Virus genome (UHGV): UHGV-0195737
DNA length: 58,116 bases
Direction: 5' to 3' (one strand)
From: a virus
Every line of letters starts with the position of its first letter. Position 1 is the stretch's first letter. Position numbers and translations under genes: made by a program. The notes under the pieces are model-generated. The model was not told the origin of the DNA. It made no database searches and saw only the letters and a program-made list of their open reading frames with translations. Positions 27,369 to 36,373 of this stretch are shown piece by piece.

Positions 27369-28853
27369 TTAAAATCCACGCAGGCGCTTAGGTAACATAA
27401 GGCCCATAGCCTGTGGCTGGCTTAATTCAGTGATACCCCATACCATTGCGTCGAGTCGGTCCGGGGATTTTTTAGCGGTAGCTGGCACGTATTCCATCAT
27501 TTGGTTTTCCAGCGTGTACAGTTCGCCAGTGTGAGCGACCTTACCTTGCGCATACAGTGCTGATATTGGCTCTGCACGGGCGAATTTACCCTTACTGGCG
27601 TGCACCTTAACGATGCGACCATCGAAGCGGGCGTTGCGTAAGGTTGCCTCCGCCATCTCCCCGCCCTGGTTGGTTTCGATAACTATCGCATCAGCTTCGT
27701 GGATCTTGTAAGCGCGTATTGCAGTTTGTGCCCAATCGTTAGGCGACATGCGGCCTGAGTAGTCACCATCGACCGAGTACTGCGCATACTTCCCGCCACC
27801 ATAAGCGGAACACGCCACAATTCCGGTTTCGTCCGATTCTTCCGATGATGTTGTCGCCGGGTCGATAGCAATTACCGTGCGGATCTTGTCCTGCGTTATC
27901 TGCATCCGGTGCGCAGCGGTTATCATCGCTTCCGTCCATAATGCGCCTTCCTCGTCGAATTTACGCGGGCGCTGCATATATTGGGCTTCGAATGATCTGC
28001 GGTGCGCTCTTAGTCCGGCTTCATGGCTATCATTGTGCTTCTTAGGCCATAGCCAGCCATCCGGCAGGTTGTGAGCAATAGGAATGGCGAATTCGTTTTC
28101 AGGGTACAGATCCCAATAACCCAGGCTGTTGTCAATCTTCACGGGCAGATTAAGGTGATGCCACTTCTCACCACTCCCGCCGCGTAGCAGGTAGCCGGAT
28201 AAATCATCGTAATGGATACGCTGCATAATGACGATAACGGGCGTCGCTTGCACTGCCAGACGTGATGCCAGTGTGTCGTTGTAGTTGGTGTTAACCTGCG
28301 TCCTGACCACATCAGAGTAAGCGTCAGCGGGTTTTAATGGGTCGTCAATGATTAACGCACCGTTAAAGCCGGACTCCATATATCCGGCCCTGAATCCTGT
28401 CACCTGCCCTAACGAAGACGTTGCATATACACCGCCGCCGTGTTCCGTCCACCACATCGATTTGGAATTGGCATCATTGCGGATCTTCATAGGCCACATC
28501 GCCTGATATTCCGGCGTACAAATCATACTTCTGACTGTCGATGAATTGAGTAATGCCAGGTTGTTGGAATAGGAAACATGAAGGAAGCGTGTGCGGGGAT
28601 TTATTGCGAGGGAACGCGCCATCATATTGATGGTCGCAATCATGGTTTTACCGTACCCTGGGGGAATGTTAACGATAAGCCGGGTAATCTCACCGTTAAT
28701 AACGCGTTGCAGTGCATCACGGATAGCTAAATGATGGCCTGCGATAAACATCTTCGTTCCGTTGGCCTGCTTATAGAAATAGCGGTTGAAGAACAGGCCG
28801 TCGTTTTCACATTTGGATTGGATAACCCTTTCTTTAATCGTCAACACAATCAC
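27369..28853 (-). CDS. Terminase large subunit
   Basis: 494 aa; Walker A-like PPGYGKT; GTG start overlapping small-subunit stop. Confidence 0.8.
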   Translation of the reverse strand: MIVLTIKERVIQSKCENDGLFFNRYFYKQANGTKMFIAGHHLAIRDALQRVINGEITRLIVNIPPGYGKTMIATINMMARSLAINPRTRFLHVSYSNNLALLNSSTVRSMICTPEYQAMWPMKIRNDANSKSMWWTEHGGGVYATSSLGQVTGFRAGYMESGFNGALIIDDPLKPADAYSDVVRTQVNTNYNDTLASRLAVQATPVIVIMQRIHYDDLSGYLLRGGSGEKWHHLNLPVKIDNSLGYWDLYPENEFAIPIAHNLPDGWLWPKKHNDSHEAGLRAHRRSFEAQYMQRPRKFDEEGALWTEAMITAAHRMQITQDKIRTVIAIDPATTSSEESDETGIVACSAYGGGKYAQYSVDGDYSGRMSPNDWAQTAIRAYKIHEADAIVIETNQGGEMAEATLRNARFDGRIVKVHASKGKFARAEPISALYAQGKVAHTGELYTLENQMMEYVPATAKKSPDRLDAMVWGITELSQPQAMGLMLPKRLRGF

Positions 28854-29335
28854 ACCTCGTCTTCCACTTCCTGGACGATGCGGGCGATCTCTTCTTTCGA
28901 TACCTCCGCTACCTGAACGGGCGCTTCTTCCTTGTTGCCGACGATCTCCTGTGTGACGCGTTCACCGTATTTGCGCGGCTGGAGTTTTGCCAGTAGCCAC
29001 TTGCGGGTATCAATCATCAGTTGATGGCGGCGCAATTCCTCCGCTTTGATGTTTTCTGCGGCGTCAGAAAGATCGATAATTTCATCAGCCAATACCTCAA
29101 AGCCGATCTCCTTCGCGTGCGCGTACATGACCGAGAATTCTGGTATATCTCTAAACCATTTCAAGATTGTGGAACGGGTAGGCATACCGGGCATTTTCGA
29201 AATTTTATTAATGCTCTGACCGTCCGCCACCAGTTCGCAGATCTCTAACGCTTTTTCTTCGGTATAACCATGCGGACGGCCCACCTTTTTAACGGCAGGC
29301 TCTTTATCAACCTTTGCCTTTTTAGTGCGGGCCAT
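28850..29335 (-). CDS. Terminase small subunit
   Basis: 161 aa; N-terminal HTH, acidic C-terminus; SD GAGAGGTGA. Confidence 0.7.
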   Translation of the reverse strand: MARTKKAKVDKEPAVKKVGRPHGYTEEKALEICELVADGQSINKISKMPGMPTRSTILKWFRDIPEFSVMYAHAKEIGFEVLADEIIDLSDAAENIKAEELRRHQLMIDTRKWLLAKLQPRKYGERVTQEIVGNKEEAPVQVAEVSKEEIARIVQEVEDEV

Positions 29336-29345
29336 ATTTCACCTC

Positions 29346-30108
29346 TCAATATTTATTGATGATATATACGCAAGCAACAAAACTTGCACAGTATGTAAAC
29401 ACTTCCAACCAGTCGAATAATTCTTTCATTGTTTACCCTTAAATCTCTGTTTTACTTCTTTGTGAATGAGCGCACCAATCATTACAATCACGTATGCGCA
29501 TAACATTATCGCGACAATAAGCAGACCAGAACAAAGCAAGAACATAAGCAGATCAAGAAACTCGAACATGATATTCCCCTACTGGCTATTTAATATCGTT
29601 AATTCTTGGAAGCGCATAAAATGCGCGTCCGGGCTAAATGGCGAAAGCCAGGGCGATAATGACAATAGCTAAAACCATGCACCAAAAATCTGATTCTTTC
29701 ATTCTTTAAGCTCCCGGTAAACATCCACAGCAATAACCACAACGACTGCCACCAGTAATAACATTTCATATGCGTTCATGCTTTCACCTATACGACGTTT
29801 TTCCACCAGAAATACAGGACACAGGCAAAGGCCACACACGCTATAATTTCGTGAAGCTCCATTGCGTCACCATAATCTATAAATATTCACGCCAATACCC
29901 ACGATAAGCACCAACAACCAGATGAGATCGTAGGCGTTCATAATTTACCTCGTTATAACATCGAACAATGCAAGGCCAACAAACAACAAAACTATCAGTA
30001 ACAGGAAGTCGCCCATAATTACCTCTGCATAGACATGACTACCAGAAACAGGCAAAGAATAAATCCAGCCGCCATACCGCCAATGAATGTTAATATCGAT
30101 GCAACCAT
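29346..30108 (-). other. Tandem array of 8 small hydrophobic ORFs (22-47 aa)
   Basis: Starts near 30108, 30016, 29941, 29862, 29779, 29702, 29569, 29429; each one predicted TM helix; several ATGA overlaps or AGAGGTAA-nn-ATG junctions; two begin MNAY. Confidence 0.35.
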
Positions 30109-30110
30109 AA

Positions 30111-30665
30111 TCAGCCTCGTTTAAAGCTCATAACGCGCGGTACAAGCGCTTCTTTTGCTTTTGCCTTACGTTTCCCTTTCTTCGTGGGTTTTTCTTCTTC
30201 CTGCGGTTGTTCTGCCTGTTCTAACGCCTGTTCTAACGCTTGCTCCACCACTTCTGCTGCCTGTTGTGCTGCAATTTCCGCTTCGTTTGATTCAGCCAGG
30301 ATAGGGAAGAAAGTGTCAAACATGCGCCCGATCATGTAGGCGTAAGTTTCATTCGCCGGATGTTCTGGACTGGTAGTTGCCAACACACCGACGTCACTTA
30401 GGCAATGGAATGTCGCATGAGCAATTTCATGGACCAGCGTACCCATCTCATGATCGAATACAGCTACAACATAGAAGTTGCCGCCGTTCTCACCAGTACA
30501 GGTTAACGTCAGGCCGCCAGCCAGTTCGAAATCAGGCTCGATTGGAATATGTGCACGCTCGCAGAAGTCATAAAAGATTTCGCGGGTCGGGCAAAAGAAA
30601 ACGGTTGTATGCTCAAAGAGCGGGATCTTGAAGTGAGGCAATTTTAAGCCTTTACCCTTAGCCAT
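30111..30665 (-). CDS. Putative zinc metallopeptidase-like protein (HExxH)
   Basis: 184 aa; LVHEIAHATFH motif; Gln/Glu/Ala-rich and Lys-rich C-terminus; SD AGGAG. Confidence 0.45.
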   Translation of the reverse strand: MAKGKGLKLPHFKIPLFEHTTVFFCPTREIFYDFCERAHIPIEPDFELAGGLTLTCTGENGGNFYVVAVFDHEMGTLVHEIAHATFHCLSDVGVLATTSPEHPANETYAYMIGRMFDTFFPILAESNEAEIAAQQAAEVVEQALEQALEQAEQPQEEEKPTKKGKRKAKAKEALVPRVMSFKRG

Positions 30666-30941
30666 CAGAATATTCTCCTACGTTGGAAAATATAACCCCC
30701 GTAAATTTTGATACCATCGGGGAGTAAAACAGATATAAAACACTGAAAACGGCGCTTATCAGTACCGTTTCCAGAATTTTATAAATTGGTGGATGGCGCT
30801 TTCTTCTACCCAGGTAGCGCCGACCTGTTAATGGGATGGATGATCCGGTATTACGTGTTTTTGACTATTCCGCCGTCGCTCGCGGGAAGGATTGGCCCGG
30901 TTATGGCTGGCTGGCGGAAACGGCGACACGTCCACGCGCTG

Positions 30942-31424
30942 TTATTCTTTGCGTAAGCACTGCGTATTAATGTAGTCCTGCAATCCGGTGATCTTCGCGT
31001 CTTTCTCTTTTAGCTGCTCTCTGAGGGATAGATAAGCCGATTCAGCGTCGGGAGTGAGTCTACAGGCGGTTCCATCAATGGTGCTGGCGGTGGCGGTGGC
31101 GTCGGACACTCGCACGGGTATTGCGTTGACGTGCAACCGGATAGCACCGCTATTAATACCGCTACGCAGATCGGCAATGTCAGACCTGATAGCTTTAATT
31201 TCATCGTGATACCTCTTATCAAGTTTTGACAGTTCGGCGTTTCGCTCCTTCATTTGCTGTATGGTGTTACTTGCGGTTTTTAAAGCGCCTTGCGTTGTCG
31301 TTAGTTCAGTCTGTAACGTGTTTACAGTTGACTGGTAGTGACAAAGCGCGGCGGTGAGTCCGGCAACAATGCAAACAACCACGGCGATGATTAACGCCTT
31401 TATCTTGTCCACGTTTCCCCCCAT
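30942..31424 (-). CDS. Rz: Rz-like i-spanin
   Basis: N-terminal TM helix then coiled coil; directly after endolysin. Confidence 0.65.
   Translation of the reverse strand: MGGNVDKIKALIIAVVVCIVAGLTAALCHYQSTVNTLQTELTTTQGALKTASNTIQQMKERNAELSKLDKRYHDEIKAIRSDIADLRSGINSGAIRLHVNAIPVRVSDATATASTIDGTACRLTPDAESAYLSLREQLKEKDAKITGLQDYINTQCLRKE
31010..31204 (-). CDS. Rz1: Rz1-like o-spanin (embedded, +1 frame)
   Basis: Embedded in Rz; lipobox LSGC; proline-rich mature region. Confidence 0.55.
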   Translation of the reverse strand: MKLKLSGLTLPICVAVLIAVLSGCTSTQYPCECPTPPPPPAPLMEPPVDSLPTLNRLIYPSESS

Positions 31425-31891
31425 TCGCAGACGGCATATTCAACATCACGGCGGTTAATTAAACCTTGCCATTTCTGACCACCAGCATATATCCAGCGTT
31501 TAAGCTGGGCGCACGCCTCTGATTTCTTGCCGTCATTGAGTAGTTTTAGTAAGGTTGATGTTTTGAAGTTGGTAGCGCCTACGTTATAGGCGAATGAGTA
31601 AAGCGCGGCGCGGGTAAAGTCGGAGATCTCGACCTTGATATATGGGTCAATAGCTTTCGCCACTTTGTGAAGATCTTTATTGAGTAATGCCTCGCATTCC
31701 GCAGGGGTGTAAGCCTTACCCAACATAATGTCTTTTCCGGTGTGACCATAACAAACGGTCCAGACACCGATAACATCACGATAGGGATCGTACTCCACGC
31801 CCTCCAGCGGTTTAATCATCACGGCAGCAATTGCTATTGCCCCACCCGCCGCTGCCGCCAGAATCTGGCGCTTTAGCGTTTTGCTGATCAT
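31400..31891 (-). CDS. SAR endolysin (T4-lysozyme-like, GH24)
   Basis: N-terminal Ala/Gly-rich SAR helix; lysozyme-type EG...D...T...GHT signature. Confidence 0.8.
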   Translation of the reverse strand: MISKTLKRQILAAAAGGAIAIAAVMIKPLEGVEYDPYRDVIGVWTVCYGHTGKDIMLGKAYTPAECEALLNKDLHKVAKAIDPYIKVEISDFTRAALYSFAYNVGATNFKTSTLLKLLNDGKKSEACAQLKRWIYAGGQKWQGLINRRDVEYAVCEWGETWTR

Positions 31892-32100
31892 AATTTTTTC
31901 ATCTCCAGGTTGTGCCTTTCCTGCTCCCGCTTATTCTCCTGTCGCTTGTAATACCAGTTAACCGCGAAAGTGCCTATCGTGCACCCGATACCAACTATCA
32001 CGGCTATGTCATTCAGGGATAAACCGCCAATTATGGTTGTCAGAATACCAGCTACATAGCTTGCGGCCTCCCTTGTTCGCGTAATTAACGTGGCGATCAT
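31888..32100 (-). CDS. Holin (pinholin-like, class II)
   Basis: 70 aa, two TM helices, charged C-terminus; overlaps endolysin start. Confidence 0.65.
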   Translation of the reverse strand: MIATLITRTREAASYVAGILTTIIGGLSLNDIAVIVGIGCTIGTFAVNWYYKRQENKREQERHNLEMKKL

Positions 32101-32110
32101 TTATTCCCCC

Positions 32111-32140
32111 AACAAAGCAAAAACCCGGCGCGGGGCCGGG
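32111..32140 (-). terminator. Late-leader terminator (tR'-like)
   Basis: CCCGGCCCCGCGCCGGG stem followed by TTTTTGCTTTGTT, just upstream of holin. Confidence 0.55.
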
Positions 32141-32379
32141 TGAATACAATTTCGCATTGTTAGGAAATATTTTAATCCGTTTGTTTAACCTATACAAACA
32201 CGGCTTATAGCTACAAATCACCAACCTTGCGCCAGGTCCGCTTCGATGCCTTTGATGGTGTTTACATATTCGCGTTTCATTTTCTTATCTCCCCTTCCGT
32301 CTTTCCTTGACTTATATATAACAAAACGGCACTGCCGGAACAATGCCATTTTGTAAACTTTGCGGGGTAGATCACGCTT
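32141..32379 (-). promoter_or_regulatory. Putative late promoter / Q-utilisation region
   Basis: Only sizeable non-coding gap between Q and holin; contains CCATTTTGT motif and a 20-aa SD-preceded mini-ORF. Confidence 0.3.
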
Positions 32380-32604
32380 TTATTCATCCTGCTTAAAGGC
32401 CACTACAACCGCGCGATCGTCATTCTGAATCAGCCACCAGCCACGCGCCTTGCTGGGCGCTGCATACCATAAGTGACCGTAAGCATCTGTGACGACTAAA
32501 AACGGATTTTTCGGTAATCCGCCTGGCTTTTCCGCTTCGTACTGGCAACCGTCCTCGAAACAATCAAGATCAGATCCGTGACACGTTAAAATAGTCATTA
32601 TCAT
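32380..32604 (-). CDS. Small protein, paralogue family member 1
   Basis: PKNPFLVVTDAYGHLWYA matches family motif; start at internal ATG. Confidence 0.4.
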   Translation of the reverse strand: MIMTILTCHGSDLDCFEDGCQYEAEKPGGLPKNPFLVVTDAYGHLWYAAPSKARGWWLIQNDDRAVVVAFKQDE

Positions 32605-32849
32605 ACCCCCACATACGAAAATGCAGCAAAAGCGCCGCCACCAGTACGCGCATAAACAAGCGCCGTGCCACACCCCATCTTATAAAAGCGCCATAGCTGG
32701 CCCTGGTCGTCAGTAATGGCGTGGATATATTCCTGATCCTTCGCGTCAACCAATGCCGCGCTGACTTCGTAGATCTTGCCATTCTTAAAAAACGCGCTGC
32801 ATCGTGAATACGTGCATTGATACCTGTGATTCCGACTCATAACAACCAC
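32601..32849 (-). CDS. Small protein, paralogue family member 2
   Basis: FFKNGKIYEV...AITDDQGQLWRF. Confidence 0.45.
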   Translation of the reverse strand: MVVMSRNHRYQCTYSRCSAFFKNGKIYEVSAALVDAKDQEYIHAITDDQGQLWRFYKMGCGTALVYARTGGGAFAAFSYVGV

Positions 32850-33101
32850 CTATTCCGGTTTACTGCCTTCGCGGTCACAAAATACAGCTACGCCCTGGAA
32901 GTCATGCACGATGCGATAATAAACCTTGTCAGTGTGTGGAAAGCGTGTGACATAAGCAAAATAAACCTTATCATCATCGCCAGTTATCGCCATCGCCTCA
33001 CCGCCCGGTGCACCGTGGATTTGAACGCCGCAATAAATCTTTCCTTCTTCGAATATGTCGCGATCGCGCGTCTGTACTACCTCAAAATATAAATGTTTCA
33101 T
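32850..33101 (-). CDS. Small protein, paralogue family member 3
   Basis: FEEGKIYCGV...AITGDDDKVYFAY; SD AAAGGGG. Confidence 0.45.
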   Translation of the reverse strand: MKHLYFEVVQTRDRDIFEEGKIYCGVQIHGAPGGEAMAITGDDDKVYFAYVTRFPHTDKVYYRIVHDFQGVAVFCDREGSKPE

Positions 33102-33111
33102 GGTTACCCCT

Positions 33112-33324
33112 TTAATAACGTTCGAAGCTGGCAACAAAACCCACGCCGGATATTTCGCCGCCCTGATAGCTTGGCCTGAACATCCAGATCTCATCATGGT
33201 TATCAATTAAGGCGAGGCAGTTATTCATTGTGTGATTTTCATTGCCATAAACGATGTGAACGTCATAAATTCGCCCAATCGTGAAAACGCTGTCATTGCT
33301 TGAGTATGAACATTTAACCTGCAT
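33112..33324 (-). CDS. Small protein, paralogue family member 4
   Basis: FTIGRIYDV...ALIDNHDEIWMF. Confidence 0.45.
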   Translation of the reverse strand: MQVKCSYSSNDSVFTIGRIYDVHIVYGNENHTMNNCLALIDNHDEIWMFRPSYQGGEISGVGFVASFERY

Positions 33325-33598
33325 TATCAGCCACCTTTAAATAATTTTTTACATCAACATCAGCCGGGTATCTGGAAAATTGCGCTAACCATTGTCCGGT
33401 AATGTTTTTCACCAGTGCATAATCAAGATCGCCGCAGTAGAATACCTGATACATTACCCCTTCGTTATCACTCGCAACGAATACCATCGGGTCAGTAGTC
33501 GCATTGCGCAATCTGTGAATTGTGTACGCCTGCCCCGTGGTAAATTTATATTCGTTACAAGTTGTGCGGCAAAACATCCGATCAAAATAGCTTTCCAT
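33314..33598 (-). CDS. Small protein, paralogue family member 5
   Basis: FTTGQAYTI...VASDNEGVMYQVFY. Confidence 0.45.
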   Translation of the reverse strand: MESYFDRMFCRTTCNEYKFTTGQAYTIHRLRNATTDPMVFVASDNEGVMYQVFYCGDLDYALVKNITGQWLAQFSRYPADVDVKNYLKVADNAG

Positions 33599-33849
33599 CA
33601 GAATATTCCCTTATAATCGACCGTGTATTTTGCTATCAGATTCCAGTCGCAATAATTAAGCATGTCGCGCGGTTGCCAACCTTTCATCCCGACCGCGCCG
33701 CGCGCAGCGTGACGACGATAATCATCGTTATAGTCAGCCATGCACCACGGCTGGAGAACAAACATATAATTTGCTTCATTAACCAGGATAGCCACACGCT
33801 TTCCTGTTGCTTTATCTTTCGCTCTGAAATAATTCACTTTCATTTTCAT
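33598..33849 (-). CDS. Hypothetical small protein
   Basis: 83-aa ORF, start overlaps upstream stop. Confidence 0.4.
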   Translation of the reverse strand: MKMKVNYFRAKDKATGKRVAILVNEANYMFVLQPWCMADYNDDYRRHAARGAVGMKGWQPRDMLNYCDWNLIAKYTVDYKGIF

Positions 33850-34061
33850 TTCAATACCTCGTCGATCAACATTTCTTCTTCCAGGTTAGCCGGACGTTTA
33901 CGGAATATCCCGGCAAAAACCAGATCATCAAGTAGGTCTTTACGCTTGAATAACCACTCCTTCATTATCACCCCGTCGTCACTGCGGCATACGACGCCGT
34001 TTTTCAGAAAATAAAAGGTGTGGGTATTCGTCTGTAGGTATAAATCCTCGTAAACGTCCAT
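33846..34061 (-). CDS. Hypothetical small protein
   Basis: 71-aa ORF in compact same-strand array. Confidence 0.4.
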   Translation of the reverse strand: MDVYEDLYLQTNTHTFYFLKNGVVCRSDDGVIMKEWLFKRKDLLDDLVFAGIFRKRPANLEEEMLIDEVLK

Positions 34062-34065
34062 GATA

Positions 34066-34293
34066 TTAACCCTCGACTACTTGCAGGCCGCGCCCCTTAT
34101 CACCTACGAAATCCCCCAGGCTGAATGTATACGACCACGCCGGGTTAATGTAGTGATCATCAGCACCATGAGCGATGAGGTCTTTACCCATAATGACGCA
34201 GGTCACATCATCAGAATGAACTACGTCTACCACTTCCCCTACTACGCGTTTTAATGATGGGTATCCGTGGTCATGCAGGAATTTAACTTTCAT
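34066..34293 (-). CDS. Hypothetical small protein
   Basis: Start set at internal ATG (MKVKF). Confidence 0.4.
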   Translation of the reverse strand: MKVKFLHDHGYPSLKRVVGEVVDVVHSDDVTCVIMGKDLIAHGADDHYINPAWSYTFSLGDFVGDKGRGLQVVEG

Positions 34294-34576
34294 ATTTTTT
34301 ACCCTTATAAGTAACAGCATCAGCGATCAACAATACCGCCAACATTTCACCGTCATGTAACGGATCTGGAATAGCAAAAAATATGTCGCTGTTTTTGTCC
34401 GGCACTACGACACGCATATTTCCCTGTTTATCTTCATGAACAAACCACGGCTTTTCGTGTGGTTCAAACATACCAAAAAGCAATTTAAGATCTATTTCTT
34501 CACCCTTCGTGAATAACGATACATCCGTTGTGGCGATAACCAACGCTTTCTTATCTGCTGCTTTCTTCGTTTTCAT
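34283..34576 (-). CDS. Hypothetical small protein
   Basis: 97-aa ORF. Confidence 0.4.
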   Translation of the reverse strand: MKTKKAADKKALVIATTDVSLFTKGEEIDLKLLFGMFEPHEKPWFVHEDKQGNMRVVVPDKNSDIFFAIPDPLHDGEMLAVLLIADAVTYKGKKYES

Positions 34577-34806
34577 TCCTCTGCCTCCCAGCGGTCAATG
34601 CTGATTAAAAAATCACGGATAGCGTGGCGCTCGTCGTGCGTCGGTTTGCGCTTCCGGTAAATCTTGAAATCAAACCACTCCTTTTCTTGCTCGAAATCCA
34701 GGTCGTAAGCAAGCGCCTCAATATACCCGCAGTCGTGATACTGGTACGCCACGCCAGCACGAACAAAAAAGCGGGTTTTATCCCGCTTGTGCTCATAGAT
34801 ACGCAT
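34573..34806 (-). CDS. Hypothetical small protein
   Basis: ATG with SD GGGGTGA; track start is GTG. Confidence 0.4.
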   Translation of the reverse strand: MRIYEHKRDKTRFFVRAGVAYQYHDCGYIEALAYDLDFEQEKEWFDFKIYRKRKPTHDERHAIRDFLISIDRWEAEE

Positions 34807-34816
34807 ATTCACCCCG

Positions 34817-35047
34817 CTATGCAGTTGTGTAGCTGTCGGTTAATATTTCATCTTTCATTCTGGCAAGCTGGGCGATGTTCATCGTGTAGCCATCGTCAGA
34901 GAAAAGCCACTCCGCAGCTTTGCGACGAAAAACAATATCATCATGGTTATGCGTCCATGTAGCGATCACTACGCGCTTTCCATCAGTGGCAAACATACTT
35001 AACTCATTGTCAACTACGTCGATAGCACGCCAGATCTTTAGCTCCAT
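34817..35047 (-). CDS. Hypothetical small protein
   Basis: 76-aa ORF with SD GGAGG. Confidence 0.4.
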   Translation of the reverse strand: MELKIWRAIDVVDNELSMFATDGKRVVIATWTHNHDDIVFRRKAAEWLFSDDGYTMNIAQLARMKDEILTDSYTTA

Positions 35048-35403
35048 GATTTACCTCCGTAAATTTTAAATAATTCCCGTGCTTCCTGGTCTTCAAAGAG
35101 ATTCATATGCAGGTTATGCAGGCGGCGCATTGTGCGGAAGCGTGGTCGGAATTCTTGACCCCTTTTAATGTATTTATCGCCAATTGAATAAATATGACCG
35201 TATGCATACCATCTATTCCCGACCCAAATTAGATAAATTTCACCCTCATAATTAAATTTGATTGTAAGCTCGTCAACCTCCATTATTAATCCTTTATCGA
35301 GAATATCGTTTAGCATCGAATCCCATTCTTTAAGAAATGGTTGTTGATAAAAGCCAAAAATTGTATTGAATACATGGCAAAGGTAATCAATGATTATTTG
35401 CAT
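35038..35403 (-). CDS. Hypothetical protein
   Basis: 121-aa ORF. Confidence 0.4.
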   Translation of the reverse strand: MQIIIDYLCHVFNTIFGFYQQPFLKEWDSMLNDILDKGLIMEVDELTIKFNYEGEIYLIWVGNRWYAYGHIYSIGDKYIKRGQEFRPRFRTMRRLHNLHMNLFEDQEARELFKIYGGKSWS

Positions 35404-35407
35404 ATTA

Positions 35408-35620
35408 TCACCACATCATATAGTAAATGTTATCATCAGCTAATGCGTCGGCGTCTTCCTGCGTCATATGCCGCGCTTCCAGGAAGAAATCATCATCATG
35501 CCATTCACTAACAAAAAATCGCGCCCACTTGCGGCGCTGGCGCTTATTGTGTCGCAGATCATCAAAAGCCTTTAACGCTTTGTCATACGCCCTTACCAGG
35601 CGTTTACGGTTACTTTTCAT
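35408..35620 (-). CDS. Hypothetical basic small protein
   Basis: 70 aa, Arg/Lys-rich N-terminus. Confidence 0.4.
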   Translation of the reverse strand: MKSNRKRLVRAYDKALKAFDDLRHNKRQRRKWARFFVSEWHDDDFFLEARHMTQEDADALADDNIYYMMW

Positions 35621-35924
35621 CGCTCCCCCACCTTAACATCCAATTCACATCACATTTAATTGCGAATACTTTCACCGGATCAGGGCCGAATAATGGATGT
35701 GTGATAATTTTCACTTCATACCCAAAATAAGGAAGGTTTATGATCCGGTGCGCTTCGTGGCTGGCTGGATACCCCAGCTTAATAATCAGGCGTTCATATT
35801 CCCGCCCCTCCAGGCGCTTGCGCCAATAGTCATTATAAAGCCGGTATTCCTCCACCTTCTTTCCCGCCCGGATGGCGTAAAAGTATTCTCCTTTCAGGTT
35901 TAAATGTAGATCTTTACTTGCCAT
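35610..35924 (-). CDS. ASCH/PUA-like domain protein
   Basis: LKGEYFYAIRAGKKVEEYR pattern typical of ASCH-like folds; first ATG (track start is TTG). Confidence 0.4.
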   Translation of the reverse strand: MASKDLHLNLKGEYFYAIRAGKKVEEYRLYNDYWRKRLEGREYERLIIKLGYPASHEAHRIINLPYFGYEVKIITHPLFGPDPVKVFAIKCDVNWMLRWGSDEK

Positions 35925-36186
35925 CGCTATGATCCTGTAAACAGTCGTTATAGCCTTCAATATATCCGGTTAATCCGGTATTACTTACTGACCATTCAGC
36001 AGTCCGGCGCTTGATGGCCTTGTCCATCGTCATTTCGTCACCCGGCCCGCCAGGCTCAATATATTTTTTCAAATCCCTTGCTATCCACGCCCGTAATTGT
36101 TGTGTATCACCACACAACCGCGCTGATAACGTCAGGTCATTAACAAGTTTTGCAAAAAGATGTTCTTTTAATTTAGGCTTCATCAT
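35914..36186 (-). CDS. Hypothetical protein
   Basis: ATG with SD GGGGTGA; track start is GTG. Confidence 0.4.
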   Translation of the reverse strand: MMKPKLKEHLFAKLVNDLTLSARLCGDTQQLRAWIARDLKKYIEPGGPGDEMTMDKAIKRRTAEWSVSNTGLTGYIEGYNDCLQDHSDGK

Positions 36187-36373
36187 CGTCACCCCGTTTG
36201 TAAATATGGACTGGCTTAACAGGGATGGCAGGTAACTCGCCGTCGTGTAACGCGCTTGCTATTTTCAAAATTAAATGCGCTTCTGTACCAGTGACTTTCT
36301 TACACCATGCGCCGCCTGTTTTATCTTCGAACAAGATAACAGCGAACTGATCGTTTATTTCCAGCTTATCCAT
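36173..36373 (-). CDS. Hypothetical small protein
   Basis: 66 aa; start overlaps Q stop. Confidence 0.4.
   Translation of the reverse strand: MDKLEINDQFAVILFEDKTGGAWCKKVTGTEAHLILKIASALHDGELPAIPVKPVHIYKRGDDDEA

Noticed and set aside
30666-30941. cos site or promoter in the gap between Rz and the HExxH gene
   Set aside because: Only a weak hairpin was seen; no recognisable cos or terminase-binding repeats could be identified by eye.
32208-32270. 20-aa ORF with strong SD in the late leader
   Set aside because: It sits where a non-coding late leader RNA is expected; it could be a leader peptide, but the evidence is too thin to call a gene.
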